Positions 34,901-46,156 of a DNA stretch of 64,000 nucleotides are shown here, in pieces. Below the pieces are notes generated by a model. The model was not told where the DNA came from. It did no database searches and was given only the letters and a program-made list of their open reading frames with translations. Origin of the DNA: Carpediemonas membranifera BICM (Eukaryota > Protista > Fornicata); assembly GCA_019828565.1 (NCBI GenBank), contig JAHDYR010000005.1:271100-335099 (forward strand). Reading direction: 5' to 3'. Each line of letters opens with the position of its first letter. Positions within the stretch are counted from its first letter, which is position 1. Made by a program: the position numbers and the translations under genes.

Positions 34901-36492
34901 TGGTCCAGGCTGACTCGATCGGCCCCATGGACGTCCCCGGGTGCCACTCTTACGGCCTTGTCGTGGTGGACACCTTCTCCCGTTTGACACAGGTTTATCC
35001 CACCACCGATACAACCTCATCCGAGGCTATCCGCGTCCTGTCGTCTTGGAGACAACACTACGGCACCCCTGCCACTCTGATCACTGATGGAGCCTCGCAG
35101 TTCTGTTCTGAGGAGTTCAAGTCCTTCTGCAACCAGTCTAGCATTATTCACAAGGTCGGGACACCCTACCACCCAGCTGGGCAAGGATCCGTAGAAAGGC
35201 AGAATGAGGAGGTTAAGCGCCACCTGCGCGCATATCTCTTGGAGAATGATGGTACGTGGGAGGAGGGTGTGAACCAAATCACATCAATTATCAACAACGC
35301 CCCTCTCAGCACGTCTCAGCTATCGCCGAACCAGGTTTTATTCGGGAAGGAAGTACCGATACCTGCAGGCTCTCTCTCCATGGAGCTCTTCTACTCCACA
35401 CTCCAGGCTTTGAGGTCCGAACAGCTCAAAATGACCTCCCGGCAATCCCCTACAGCAACGCACGCAGCGGAGCACCTCGTGGGTCAGGGCGTGATAGTTC
35501 GCAGGAACACTACCGGCCACGTGATCACACGCGGTCCTTGTCGGATCATCCGCAAGGCCGAGCGGCCGAATGTGTACATTGTTCGTGACTTCACGCTCAA
35601 CAAGGACTTCGAAGCTCATGCTGACTCGCTAACTCACTTCAGGGGCACCTACACCGACAAAGAGCTTGCCGACTGGGCCGCCCGTCACCAAGGTGAGTAC
35701 CTAGTCCGGTCCATCCTTGCTCACCGGGTCCGAGCTGGACGGCTGCAACTGTCCGTCGCGTATGAGGGGTACGATGACGCCGACTCCACATGGAACGAGT
35801 TCGATAAGTCTATGGATCAGCTCGAGGCGTTCGACGCGTACCTTGCCGCTCACCCCAGGCTCAAGAAGAACTTAAGACGGTACAAGTGGTGGCTTAAGCC
35901 ATCATCATAGCCGCAACATGTCCATACTGCACGTAAATGGACCTCTGTTTCTTCGTTCTCTACCGCTTTCACCGCCACCATCCGAAAACTAACTAATTTG
36001 AACATAACTAAGTAACTGGTGGTGGATACCGCTTCTATACGGCTAACTACTTGATATTGATTACTTATATGGCTCGTCGTTGAGATCTTAGGCGGCTACG
36101 AGCTCGAACGGAGGGAAGAAAGCGAAAATAGCGAGAACTCGCCATTGAGGCCTCGTTGGGCCTTCTAAGGGCCATTTTCGCGCTCTTGTTGGGATCGTGC
36201 TCATTCAACTGGCATTACTTCCAGCAATAGGAAAACTCGTTGGATGTCGTCATCAATTGATTGCTGACGAGATTTTGATCCTGATTTCCCCTTTAGAGCA
36301 TCCCGAGGGAGCAACTGGGCTCACCATAGCTCAGTGGCGCCCAATTACTGACCATGGGAGGGAAGTGTCGTGGATCTTTAGATCCATGCATATATTTATT
36401 CCTGATCTGATTACGATCTGGTCTTGATTTGTCTTTTATTTTTAAACACTTCGCATTGTTCGTTGTTGTTCTACCCCCGCGCGCCTACAACA
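31927..36492 (+). mobile_element. gypsy chromodomain element D
   Basis: 127-bp LTRs 31927-32053 and 36366-36492; GCACG TSD; PPT. Confidence 0.95.
32066..35910 (+). CDS. gypsy D gag-pol (small deletion/frameshift after YIDD near 33915)
   Basis: YDTGA, YIDD, TDAS, integrase, chromodomain-like C-terminus. Confidence 0.9.
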
Positions 36493-37162
36493 GCACGCCA
36501 CCGATCTCTCGACATCAAGGACCGTTACGGCTACCAGGCAGCCGCAGCTGTGAGCATCGCTTCAAAGGCTTTCATCGCCACCCCGCCGAGAGACGCCCAA
36601 CACACCGATGTTGCCACGCGCCAACTGGAGCTCGAGCAGCGCATTCTTCACACGCTGGCAAAATTTCCCCGTCTGGCCCAGGCTCAGCAAGAGCGCTCCG
36701 CCTTCAAGGCGGGCAAGCCCGGACCGAAAAGAAGCCGCCAGTAACAAGCCATCTTCAAGATCTCTCTCACCACCTCTCACACTCGCACATCCCTCCTCAA
36801 CGTCTCTCTCCTCCTCCGAGACTCCTCACATTTCCCACGATAGCCCGTCATCAGCTCTGGTCCGCCTCGGGAGCGCCCTCAGACGTGGTCTCGTGGATCG
36901 AGGCAGGCGTCCCGATCGAGATCACCGGGTCGCCACGTCAGCCCAAGCCCCGACCCCTATCGCCCGCGGCCTCCGAGTGCCTCCGACCACTCATGCAGGA
37001 GCTCGTCAAGTCCCAAGTCGTGCGCATCTGCAGTCGCAGGCCTCGTCTAGTCTCCCCCATATTCACTACTCCAAAGTCCGACGGCTCCCCGCGACTGATA
37101 CACGATCTCAGAACGTTGAACGACGTCACGAAGGAGCGGCGGGTGTTCCGCCTTTTCGGCCT

Positions 37163-37898
37163 CGCTGAAAGGAACGATTCAAGGACTCTACTTCTCCGTA
37201 GAACAGGGAAGTTTACAGGAAAGTCGCTCAATGCGAACTCCAAAGGACGCAAGGAAGTAATCATGAACGCCAGACGCATCCTCTTCGCAACCGGCGTCAC
37301 AGACAACAACACAGGACATCATTCTCAGAAACCCATGCGGCATCCACGGCCTCCGCGACCTTTTCTACATGCTCACAGAGGCGCTCAACCCCAGAGACGA
37401 GGAAGCTAAGGACATGGCACAGGCACTGGAGCCCAAGACGCTGAAAGCGGGCCTCACTGGCATGGCAAGATGGCCATCTGAGAAAGACATCGAGACGGCG
37501 ATCCTCAAGCCGAAGGAAGATGGACCCATCGAATGGGATGTAGACAGGGACAGCGTCAAGAAAGCCGAAGGGTCTTTCATACTGGTATCAGGGGCTCATG
37601 GAGACGAGGCCGTAAAAGGCGTACCTTACGACAAGGTATGGGATCCGGCAAACCAAGGCCCGATCACCAGAGTGGCCTACGAGCAAGAGGACGGCAAGTA
37701 CAGGGTCATCCTAGAGCTAGGCGACACGTCAGCATGGTCCATCAGCCGCTTCATGGAGGAGGCTAGGGACATCCTCAGGCTTCAGGCACCGGAGGCCCCG
37801 GCCATATGGCAGGCAGCATGGAACAAGTCAGGGATCTACCTGAAGGGCAGAACCAATATCCTGGGCGAAGGGGAGGAGACCCCCCTTAGCAACGAGCC
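37163..37898 (+). pseudogene. LINE ORF1 fragment (N-terminal region)
   Basis: NSKGRKEV..RRIL.ATG, LTEAL.PR and ISRF.EEARD.LRLQAPEAP match 55536-56400. Confidence 0.8.
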
Positions 37899-38379
37899 TG
37901 TACGGCAATTGCAAGTGCGTAAACGAAGAGTGTTTAATAGGGGGTTTAGACCACATATGCATAAATGGCCGAAACCAAATATCTGTATCTAATTCTGTAT
38001 CTATAAATATATCTTGCGATATTGCTATCTATGGCCGTGGTAGGGTATGATAGCAACAGTGCCTCCCTCTTCTTTTTTCTTTGGAGGTATTGGAGCTCTC
38101 TTTGCGCTTATACTTTTGCATAAATGCGTAGCGTAATTCTTTGAGGCATTTGGGGATGAGAATCGGTATTTGTACAATGAAGGTAGTACTAAGCAGCTAT
38201 CAGTATGTTACCTTCAAATCACGTGTTATTGAGCCTCAACAACGCTTCGTTGGCGAGTTCTGGCCGATTTTTCCTTCTGTTGGCGGAAAGCTGCAAGTGA
38301 CGGCTCAAAACCTTGTCGAAACATCTAAATAACAACATCAGTGTCTTTGAAAGGCTCAATGACCGCTATTGCTGTGCTT

Positions 38380-40594
38380 TTAGCGTTTAATTTTTCCTTC
38401 TAGCTCAGGATGCTGAGTGAAGTACTTGTCGATAGCCTCGAGGGATCTAACCTCGGACCATGGGAGCCATGAGGCCTCTTCAGGCTCAAAGCCTGCCCAT
38501 TGCACTTCAAACTCATAGCCAGACTTGGTCTTTCTGTGGGCTGAGACCTCTGAAACTATGAACTCGTCGTTGTCGGTCGCGGCTAGGGCCTTCAGCTCCC
38601 TCAGTGTCAACGAGCCTCGCTCAAAAGGATGGCATCTGGAGGTGTGGACTCGCAGTGACTTGTGGGTGTTCAGGTCTTCTACAATGAGAGTTGCAGGGGT
38701 GTTGAACTCATTGCACTCATACCCGGTGACGCGTAGTGGGCCACGGTACCGTGCTACTGTCTTGGTTGGTCTAAAGGATGGATAGCTCAGTAGGATGTAC
38801 TCAGGCAGAGCGGGGGTGATGCGTCCAGTGGCTTGGGACAGCACGGCTTGTACACGTTCAGCCTGTTTCGACTTAGCGGTGGCTATGGCGGCTTCGGCTG
38901 CTCGTCTCAGGTTGAGAGGTGTATCAGAAGCAGGGTTTCCTAGGACAAGCTCGCGGCCGAAGACAATCTCGTTCGGGGACACGCCAAGTGACGCGTGTCT
39001 CGCGGAATTGAGTATTGCTTGCACGAAAGGGATGTGCTGGGACCAGCGATCAAGATGCTTGATCTCCAATCTCCTCGCCATCATATGAGCGTTGATCTCG
39101 CGGTTAACTCTCTCCACAATACCATTGCTCTGGTGATGGTATGGTGCGGTGAAATGAAGATCGACGGCATGGCGGTCGCAAAGCCTGGCGAAGGTGTTGT
39201 TCTTAAACTGAGACCCGCTGTCTGTGATAATCCTCCTTGGAACTCCGTGGCGCAGGAACCAATGATTAACCACGCACGAGGCTGCTTCCTCGGCTGTTGT
39301 CGATCGGATAGGGGTCATCTCGACGTATCTGGAGAACAAGTCTACCATAACTAGGATGTGTTGGAACTCGCCGTCGATGGGGTAGGGTCCCATCGTATCA
39401 ATGCAGAGTGTATCCATAGGGAATGGTGCCTGGAGGGTCAGGTCAAATGACGACATCGGTCTGGTCGGGACAGTCTTCTGGCAGACGGGGCAGTGTGATA
39501 TGACATCTGCGACAGCTTGTCTCATGCTGGGCCAGGCGTGGCCATTGGCGCGCAGCTGCTGTACTGTTCTGTTCACAGAGAGATGTAGGCCGCCGAGTGT
39601 ATGGTGCTCCTTGATAGAGGCTGCGTGTGGGTTCTCCTCGGAGTTGGTCAAGGCTGTGCACACTCGGGATAGTCCATCAGCGGCACCGTTTGCGATACCT
39701 GGTACATGGATCACGTCATAGCTGAACTGTTCAAGGAGGAGGCTCCATCTTGCCACCTTGGCGTTAGCACTTTGGTGCATTCGAGTGAGATTGTGGTGGT
39801 CAGTGGCAATTGTGAAGTGTGCCCAGCGGAGATAGCGTTCGGCTTTGGACAGGCAATAAACTACCGCATACATCTCTTTCTCGATCGTGGGCCAACGCTT
39901 TTGGGCGCCGGTGAGTGCTTTGGACAGGTACATCAGAGGTTTGTCGTCCTGAAGCAGGACTCCTCCCACACCGTAGTCGGACGCGTCAGTGATGAGTTTC
40001 AGCTTGGCTCTCGGGTTATAGTGTACAAGAGTCGGGGCAGACGTGAGGCGGGATATGATGGTATCAAAGGCTGACTGGGCCTCGTGCGTCCATGAGAACT
40101 GTTTGTGTTTTGTGATCTCGTATAGTGGAGCTGATATAGTGGCGAAGTCGCTTCCGAGGTAGTCATGGAAGAAGTTGACTAGGCCGAGAAAGGAGCGGAC
40201 TCCGGATACTGTTGACGGGGGCTTCATCTTCGTGAGGGCATCGATCCGGGCTGGGTCTATCTGTTTCCCTTCTGGTGTGATGAGCCACCCTAGATACTCA
40301 AACTTCCTGAGTCCAAATTGAGACTTGTCAAGATTGACGCGAAGATTCAGCTCGACAGCGTTGTAGGACCTCTTTGATGTTAGCGATGAGGTCATCCTCG
40401 CACTCTGCGAAGATTACAACATCATCTTGGTAAACCAGGCACTTGGAGTAGAGGAGCGTGTCTAGGGCTGTCTCCATTGCGTATTGGAAGTGGCTGCCGG
40501 CCTGCTTTAGGCCGAATGGGAGCCGGGAGTAGCGAAATCTACCAAGGTGGGTGGTGAAAGTGGTGAAGTCGCGTGATGCTGGGTCAATAGTCAA
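38380..40594 (-). pseudogene. gypsy E RT(partial)-RH-IN-chromodomain
   Basis: LPFGL, YQDD, TDAS, integrase, FIVSEV..QWAGF..SWLP. Confidence 0.9.
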
Positions 40595-40678
40595 AAGAGC
40601 ATGGGAGGGAAGTGTTGGTTCATCAATAGATTATTTAATAGTCTTGAGTCGTCCAGCTCGACACATGGGTGTCGAGCT

Positions 40679-41539
40679 CTATTCTTTGTAAAGCTTTGTT
40701 CTCACGAACCCACACTTGGGCTTCCGGCACTCGGGACTAAAATGGCCCTTGCCCCCGCAGTTGTAGCAGGTCGGCGTGGTGCTGGTGGGGCGAGCCCGAT
40801 CGCGGGACCGCTTGTCCGGGCGATCTTGGCGGTGGCGGTCATACGGGCGGTCACGACGGTCACGACGGTCGTGCCGGTCACGGCTGTCCGCACGTTGGGG
40901 TTGGGCGCCTGGCACAGGAGCTGCCGGACGGCGCGGCTGGTCGAGACGGATGGCCTCAGCGAAGGGAGCGAGGTACTCCGCGGACTCGACTACTTCGCGC
41001 GCCGTCTTCATGGCATACTGCTGGGTCTCAGCAAGTGAGCGCCCCTCAGTCTGCTCCTTCAGTCTGAAGTAAAGGGACTGGCCCTTCACGGCGAACGCCC
41101 GCAAGTATGCTTCACGAATAGTGTCGTCCTCGACCAGGTCAAGGCACTCGAACAAGGTGTTGAACTGCGAGTTCAGTCTCGAAACCTCGAGTGGCGTGAA
41201 TGCCGCGATGCGGAGCCTGATGAGGTTCAGACATTGCTCCTTCCTGGTGGGACGCAAGGCAGCAGCAAGCCGCTGCATAATGGTCCTCTCTTTGACCTTG
41301 CGTGATGTTGTGGAAGGTTGGTCGTCCTGTTGATCACCCTGAGGAAGCTGGACATCCTCGAGGGCCTCTAAGCCTAACACCTGGCATACGTAGGACTGTA
41401 TCTCCGGACTGATGAGCTTCCGGAGCTTCGCCTTGCCACCTCTGGCCTTGAAGTCACGCAATAATGTACTAAACGTCACGAAAGCGCTGAAAGTAGCTTT
41501 CTTGAGTAGCGGTGCTTGGTTCTTCCCGTCTCTATCCAT
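40679..41539 (-). CDS. gypsy E gag
   Basis: CYNCGGKGHFSPEC; similar to gypsy F gag. Confidence 0.85.
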   Translation of the reverse strand: MDRDGKNQAPLLKKATFSAFVTFSTLLRDFKARGGKAKLRKLISPEIQSYVCQVLGLEALEDVQLPQGDQQDDQPSTTSRKVKERTIMQRLAAALRPTRKEQCLNLIRLRIAAFTPLEVSRLNSQFNTLFECLDLVEDDTIREAYLRAFAVKGQSLYFRLKEQTEGRSLAETQQYAMKTAREVVESAEYLAPFAEAIRLDQPRRPAAPVPGAQPQRADSRDRHDRRDRRDRPYDRHRQDRPDKRSRDRARPTSTTPTCYNCGGKGHFSPECRKPKCGFVRTKLYKE

Positions 41540-41641
41540 CGGGAAAGTACTAGTACTGTAGTCTTGGAAGAGATAGGGTTTACAAGTAAAAAGAAGTTTG
41601 GACCCTCCTGGGGTTATTGGTCGATAGTAATATTGGCTACA

Positions 41642-43265
41642 CAGGGAGCTTGAGTCGTTCAGGGACGCGGTCAGAGACGCGGAGCTGTCCAAGGACATCA
41701 TGAGGGGTGATGACTATGCGCCCAGGCAGGACACCTTCGACATCTTTGGGCACTATCCGTATGGCAGGGACGTCAGCGACGCAGAGGCAAACAGGATCCT
41801 CGTGGTACCAGACAACGAGCATCGGTACGGCATAGGCTTTGGCTTTGACGAGGTAGTGACAGGGATGAAGGGGGTGATGCTTGCCCCCCTAGCAATCATG
41901 GACGAGGACAACACGCTCAACAGAAGCCCAGTATGGACCATCATGGAGGCAGCCACAGACAACCAGCTCCGCATGGTGCGAAACAAGATGGGCAGAGGAG
42001 TAGCCAGGGACGAAGACATCATCACCATGTCACAGTTCTATTCATGGTGGCTCTCCAAGGAAGCATCAGCACACCAGGGAGTATGGGGCTGTGAAGACCT
42101 CGCAGCCAGCCTCAGGAGTTATGAGAAGCACATCGTCAACCTCAGGGTGCCGAAGAACAGCGACAGGCTATTCATTGGCGCCACGTTCATCCCCAGAGAC
42201 TGGGGCCTCATCAGGGTCCGTGAAGCAGGGAAAGTGCTGACGCGCATGCGAAAAGGGAAGGACAAAGACCTCAAGTCGGCTGCCGTCCCGGAGGAGCGCA
42301 AGGCCATAGTCGGCAGACTCCCGCCTAGGGACTACAGCCCGCTCATTCAGGGACTGTACGAGAAGCCATACAAAGTCAGATACGTGAACACAAGGCTTAA
42401 CGAGGCGGCAGCCATGATAGAGACCAGGATGAGGGGCAGACACATAGTGGCGCCCAGAGACAGGGACGACAGAGCTGATCGCCACCAGGATGACAGGGAG
42501 CAGGAACTACAGAGAAGCAGGGCTTTCGAGCGAGGGGATACTAGAGGCTACGACCGCCGGGACAACGATCATGACGACCGCCGGGGCGATAGGGACTACG
42601 ACCATCACGATGAAAGAACCGGCCGCTACCGGGACGACAGGGACCGGGAGACGGAGAAGGAGACCATCCTCGAGGACCCGAATAAGAGAAGGGACAGAAA
42701 CGTGGACGAGGACCACAGCGAGACGGAACTCCTCGACAGGGACGCATTTGGCAAGGACAGCTGGTCCACCACCGGGAGTGGCAGGGGTAGTAACAGGGAC
42801 AGCACGACTTCCAAAGGCTTCAAGCGGAAGAACGGCGGCCGGAGCAACGAGAACGGCCTAGAAGACCCAGCAGATGGCAAGAGAAGCAGGGAAGATGAGG
42901 ACCAGGACCAGACGTCTGGAAGCAGACATGCGTCTGACTGGGAATCGGACAGACTCCGCCTTCAGAAGCAGTTAGCTGAGGCTCAGCAGACGATCTCCAA
43001 ACTCAAGACAGCCCAGATAGCCGCACAGAAGCAGGGACCGGCAACAAGCAGTGAGGCCTCGACAGTGGCCCCAGGGCCCGGAGGGGAGAAGACGATCACC
43101 ATGGTGCCGAAGCGGAAGAAGAAGGCCAAGGCCAAGAAGCAAAGGATGGCCACCCAACCCAACCCGATGATGGACGCCATGGCCCAGTTCATGAACATGA
43201 TGGCGAGCATGCAGAGCCAGATGGGCCAACAGGAACAGGGCACAGGCGACAGTGACAGTGACAGC
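41642..43265 (+). pseudogene. LINE ORF1 fragment (C-terminal region)
   Basis: ILVVPD..G.GFGF..VV.GMKG..LAP and FIPRDWG..RVREA match 57500-58200. Confidence 0.82.
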
Positions 43266-44963
43266 TGTGGTTCAATGGGCGTTGAACTTTTACTGAGGAG
43301 AAGACTCGACACAAGGGTGTCAAGGAGAAACTCATTGACTATTAAATATAACGTAAATCTGTGTAACTTTGGGTAGGACCCACAACACTGCCCCTCCATG
43401 CCTGGTATAGGCATGACAGAGAGACTTGACGTCAGCATTTCACCAAAGGCCTGGACGGTGCCACCCGACCGCCAACGGTGACTCATAGGGCTGGAAACCC
43501 CATGGCCTGAGTGCTTTCGCATCAAGCTAAACGAAATCAAAATGATGGTATCATGATCTAACTGCGGTACCGCTAGGTGAGCTCTGTTTCAAAAATGGTG
43601 AAATGTGACGGAGAGGCTTACCACTGCCCCTCCACGGCCTTCCTAGGCCGTCTTCACAAACCTTATACGTGTTATATGCCTTGCCATGTAATTCGAAGGC
43701 CAAGAACGATTGCTCTAGCAAACACTGCCAATGCTGAGCCCTTATCGCTCATAATCACACAGACGCCGAAAAACGTACTTAGAAGCTCCAATTCGGCTCC
43801 GTTGAGGAGTTCAGAGGCTTCTAATTTTCTGCGTCCAACTGTACTTGAATAACAACATCAAACTGACCGGAAGGAGCACTAGGAAGCTCCTAATGCCTTA
43901 TTACCGACAATAAATGCATGCTTGAAGACCAAGAAGACCTTGTTAGTTGTTCCTTCGACCGTTTCCGAGAAAAGTGCAGGATATGTCGCCGTCAACTCAT
44001 TTGATGTCGGACAACACAGCCGTAGAGGCCGTTCTGAAGGAAATTCGTGCCAAAATCACCGAACTTGGTGATGACGATCTGGCTAGGCCACTTATTGTTG
44101 CCCATACGTCCGTTTGTCGTTCCCTTCACGCTCAGAAGTATCGTGGACGCAAGCGCATGGTCACCGACAATCTGTAAGTATTTGTAAGAACAAACATCAA
44201 CCGTGAGGTTATATAGCCACCGCGTGCAAGCTTCAGAACGCATCACTCGCACCCTGAAGATGACGACTCTGATGCCCCACGACATCAAGGCCGAGGTTAC
44301 CCTGTGGTTCGTTTGACGAACTATGTTTACAAGAGGAGAAGACTCGACACAATGGTGTCGAGGAGAAACTCCTTGACTAACTAATATCATATATAAATCT
44401 GTGTAATCTTGGGTGAGACCCATGACACTGCCCCTCCATGCCTCAATGAGGCATGACCCCAGACAGCGTGAGCTTTGACGGCTGGCTACTGCCAGTGGGG
44501 GTGAATGTTGGCTCTTGGGGGCCGGTCCTGGTGGGTGCCAACCACCGATCGAGCCCCTTTTTTGCGACCTTGGCGGGGACACAACAAGAAGCACAACGAC
44601 GTGCAAAATAGCACAGCTTACAATCGCGCGGTACCGCTGGGTTAGAAGGATCCTACCATAGGGGTTCTGCCCCTCCTCGGCTTTTCCTCGCCGAAAATCG
44701 AAATGTGACGTACCTTAAAATGCTTGGGTGCAGGTTATGGCCATCCAAGCACAACGATGGTGAAACACCGCCCCTTTCCAACTGTTTGCGCCATTAATCA
44801 GGTTGGTGCTGAAAATGGCATTTTCAGGCCTCAACGAGGCCTCTACGGCGAGATACGAGCCTTTTTCTTTGCAGCGTGAATTCACACCACGACTACGCTC
44901 AGATAGAGCTACTAAACGACTAAACAACATCAAGACAACAATAAAGAGATCATAACTCCATGT

Positions 44964-46113
44964 TTGAGCGGCTTTCCATTCGGGATTGGGATGTTTCATT
45001 TTGCACCAATCTTGGTGCAAATGGTGACGGAACATTTGGGGGAATTGGCGCGGTTGCTGCAGCTAGTAGCTTCTGAGGAATCTGATGATCCTCGAATGCG
45101 TTCTCTGCAGCGCCGTTGTGCAACATTGGGCTCCGACATCCAAAATCTGCGATCGTCACGCGTAGCGCCGGGCAACAGGAGGCGCAAGAGGCTTGTGCGC
45201 CGTCCCGTGTGTCACTCAGAGCCCGCTTCGTCGGTAGACGAGAGCTCGAACGATGACAGCGAAGAAGACGAATCGCCGACTTCTTCGGACGATGCCCCGG
45301 GGAATGACAGCTCCCCAACGCTGCCAGACGGCCAGCCCGAAGCCAACCAGCCTGCTGACGTGACTACTACGGTTCGCCAGCTCTCCCACGCCTCAGGAAC
45401 GGACGTTTCGGACTTGAACCGGCTGGTCCATCGGCTGTTGGGCGAGCACGCCCATTCGATTGCTCTAACACTCACCCCGCTTATGAATTCTCTCCGTGAA
45501 CAGCGGTTCGAGCGTGAGTTCTCCCTCGAAGACGTCGAACGCCAACTTAAGGGTGTTTCTTGTGCGCGTCGCGTGTTGCTCGATCTTCAGGCCTTCATGA
45601 AACTTGCCCAGGCACTACCTGAACTGGACCTGCATCGCGCCGCCACTTGGCACCATGAGATGGACGCTATCCGACGCAAGCTCCCTGGTAGGGGTGACAA
45701 GTCCCTCTGCCACCTCCTGGCCTTAGCCGTCTTCCCGGGAGTCTATGGTTTTGCTTCAAGAGGCTTGCTACCGGTCCTCTGATATACCGGAGATGGAGAA
45801 GCGATTCCGCTTGGTCATGCGGGTATTCAAAGCCCATCCACAGTGGGTACCGGTACTCATGACTACGGGCGACGGAGGGCTCCAGTTCACTGATGAGCTC
45901 CGTACTTATCGACTGGAACGAGTTGTTGGCAGTCGCAATGGCCCGGGTGGTCGACTCCTCACGTTGAAATGGGAAGACTACAGGTTTGTGACACGGTCGT
46001 ACCCGACGCCGGAGTTGCTAGAATTGCCTGAAGTGGTAGCGCACCTTGCTCGTCACGGGGTTGAACCGCGCAGTACTGGACCTGCCTTCGCTGGTCGGGG
46101 CCGCCGACTCTAA
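44964..46113 (+). CDS. antisense cargo ORF of F with C-terminal chromodomain-like motif (frameshift near 45750)
   Basis: YRLERVVGSR...LTLKWEDY; convergent with pol. Confidence 0.6.
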
Positions 46114-46156
46114 CAACTAATCAACAATAAATCAGGCGAGATGAGAATAGGAGGGT

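Larger units (their letters stand above)
31490..37162 (+). mobile_element. 3'-truncated YR element X6 interrupted by gypsy D
   Basis: gag 31655-31926 plus 36498-36744 rejoins as ELYARHRSLDIKDRYGY; pol stub extends to RLIHDLR..FRLFG. Confidence 0.82.
37899..41641 (-). mobile_element. chimeric gypsy E (two elements joined by a deletion)
   Basis: Non-matching LTRs 37899-38058 and 41557-41641; gag joins RT with no protease; no TSD. Confidence 0.8.

Noticed and set aside
41700-43376. 558-aa ORF as a host gene
   Set aside because: Homologous to the LINE ORF1 C-terminal half and truncated by LTRs on both sides.
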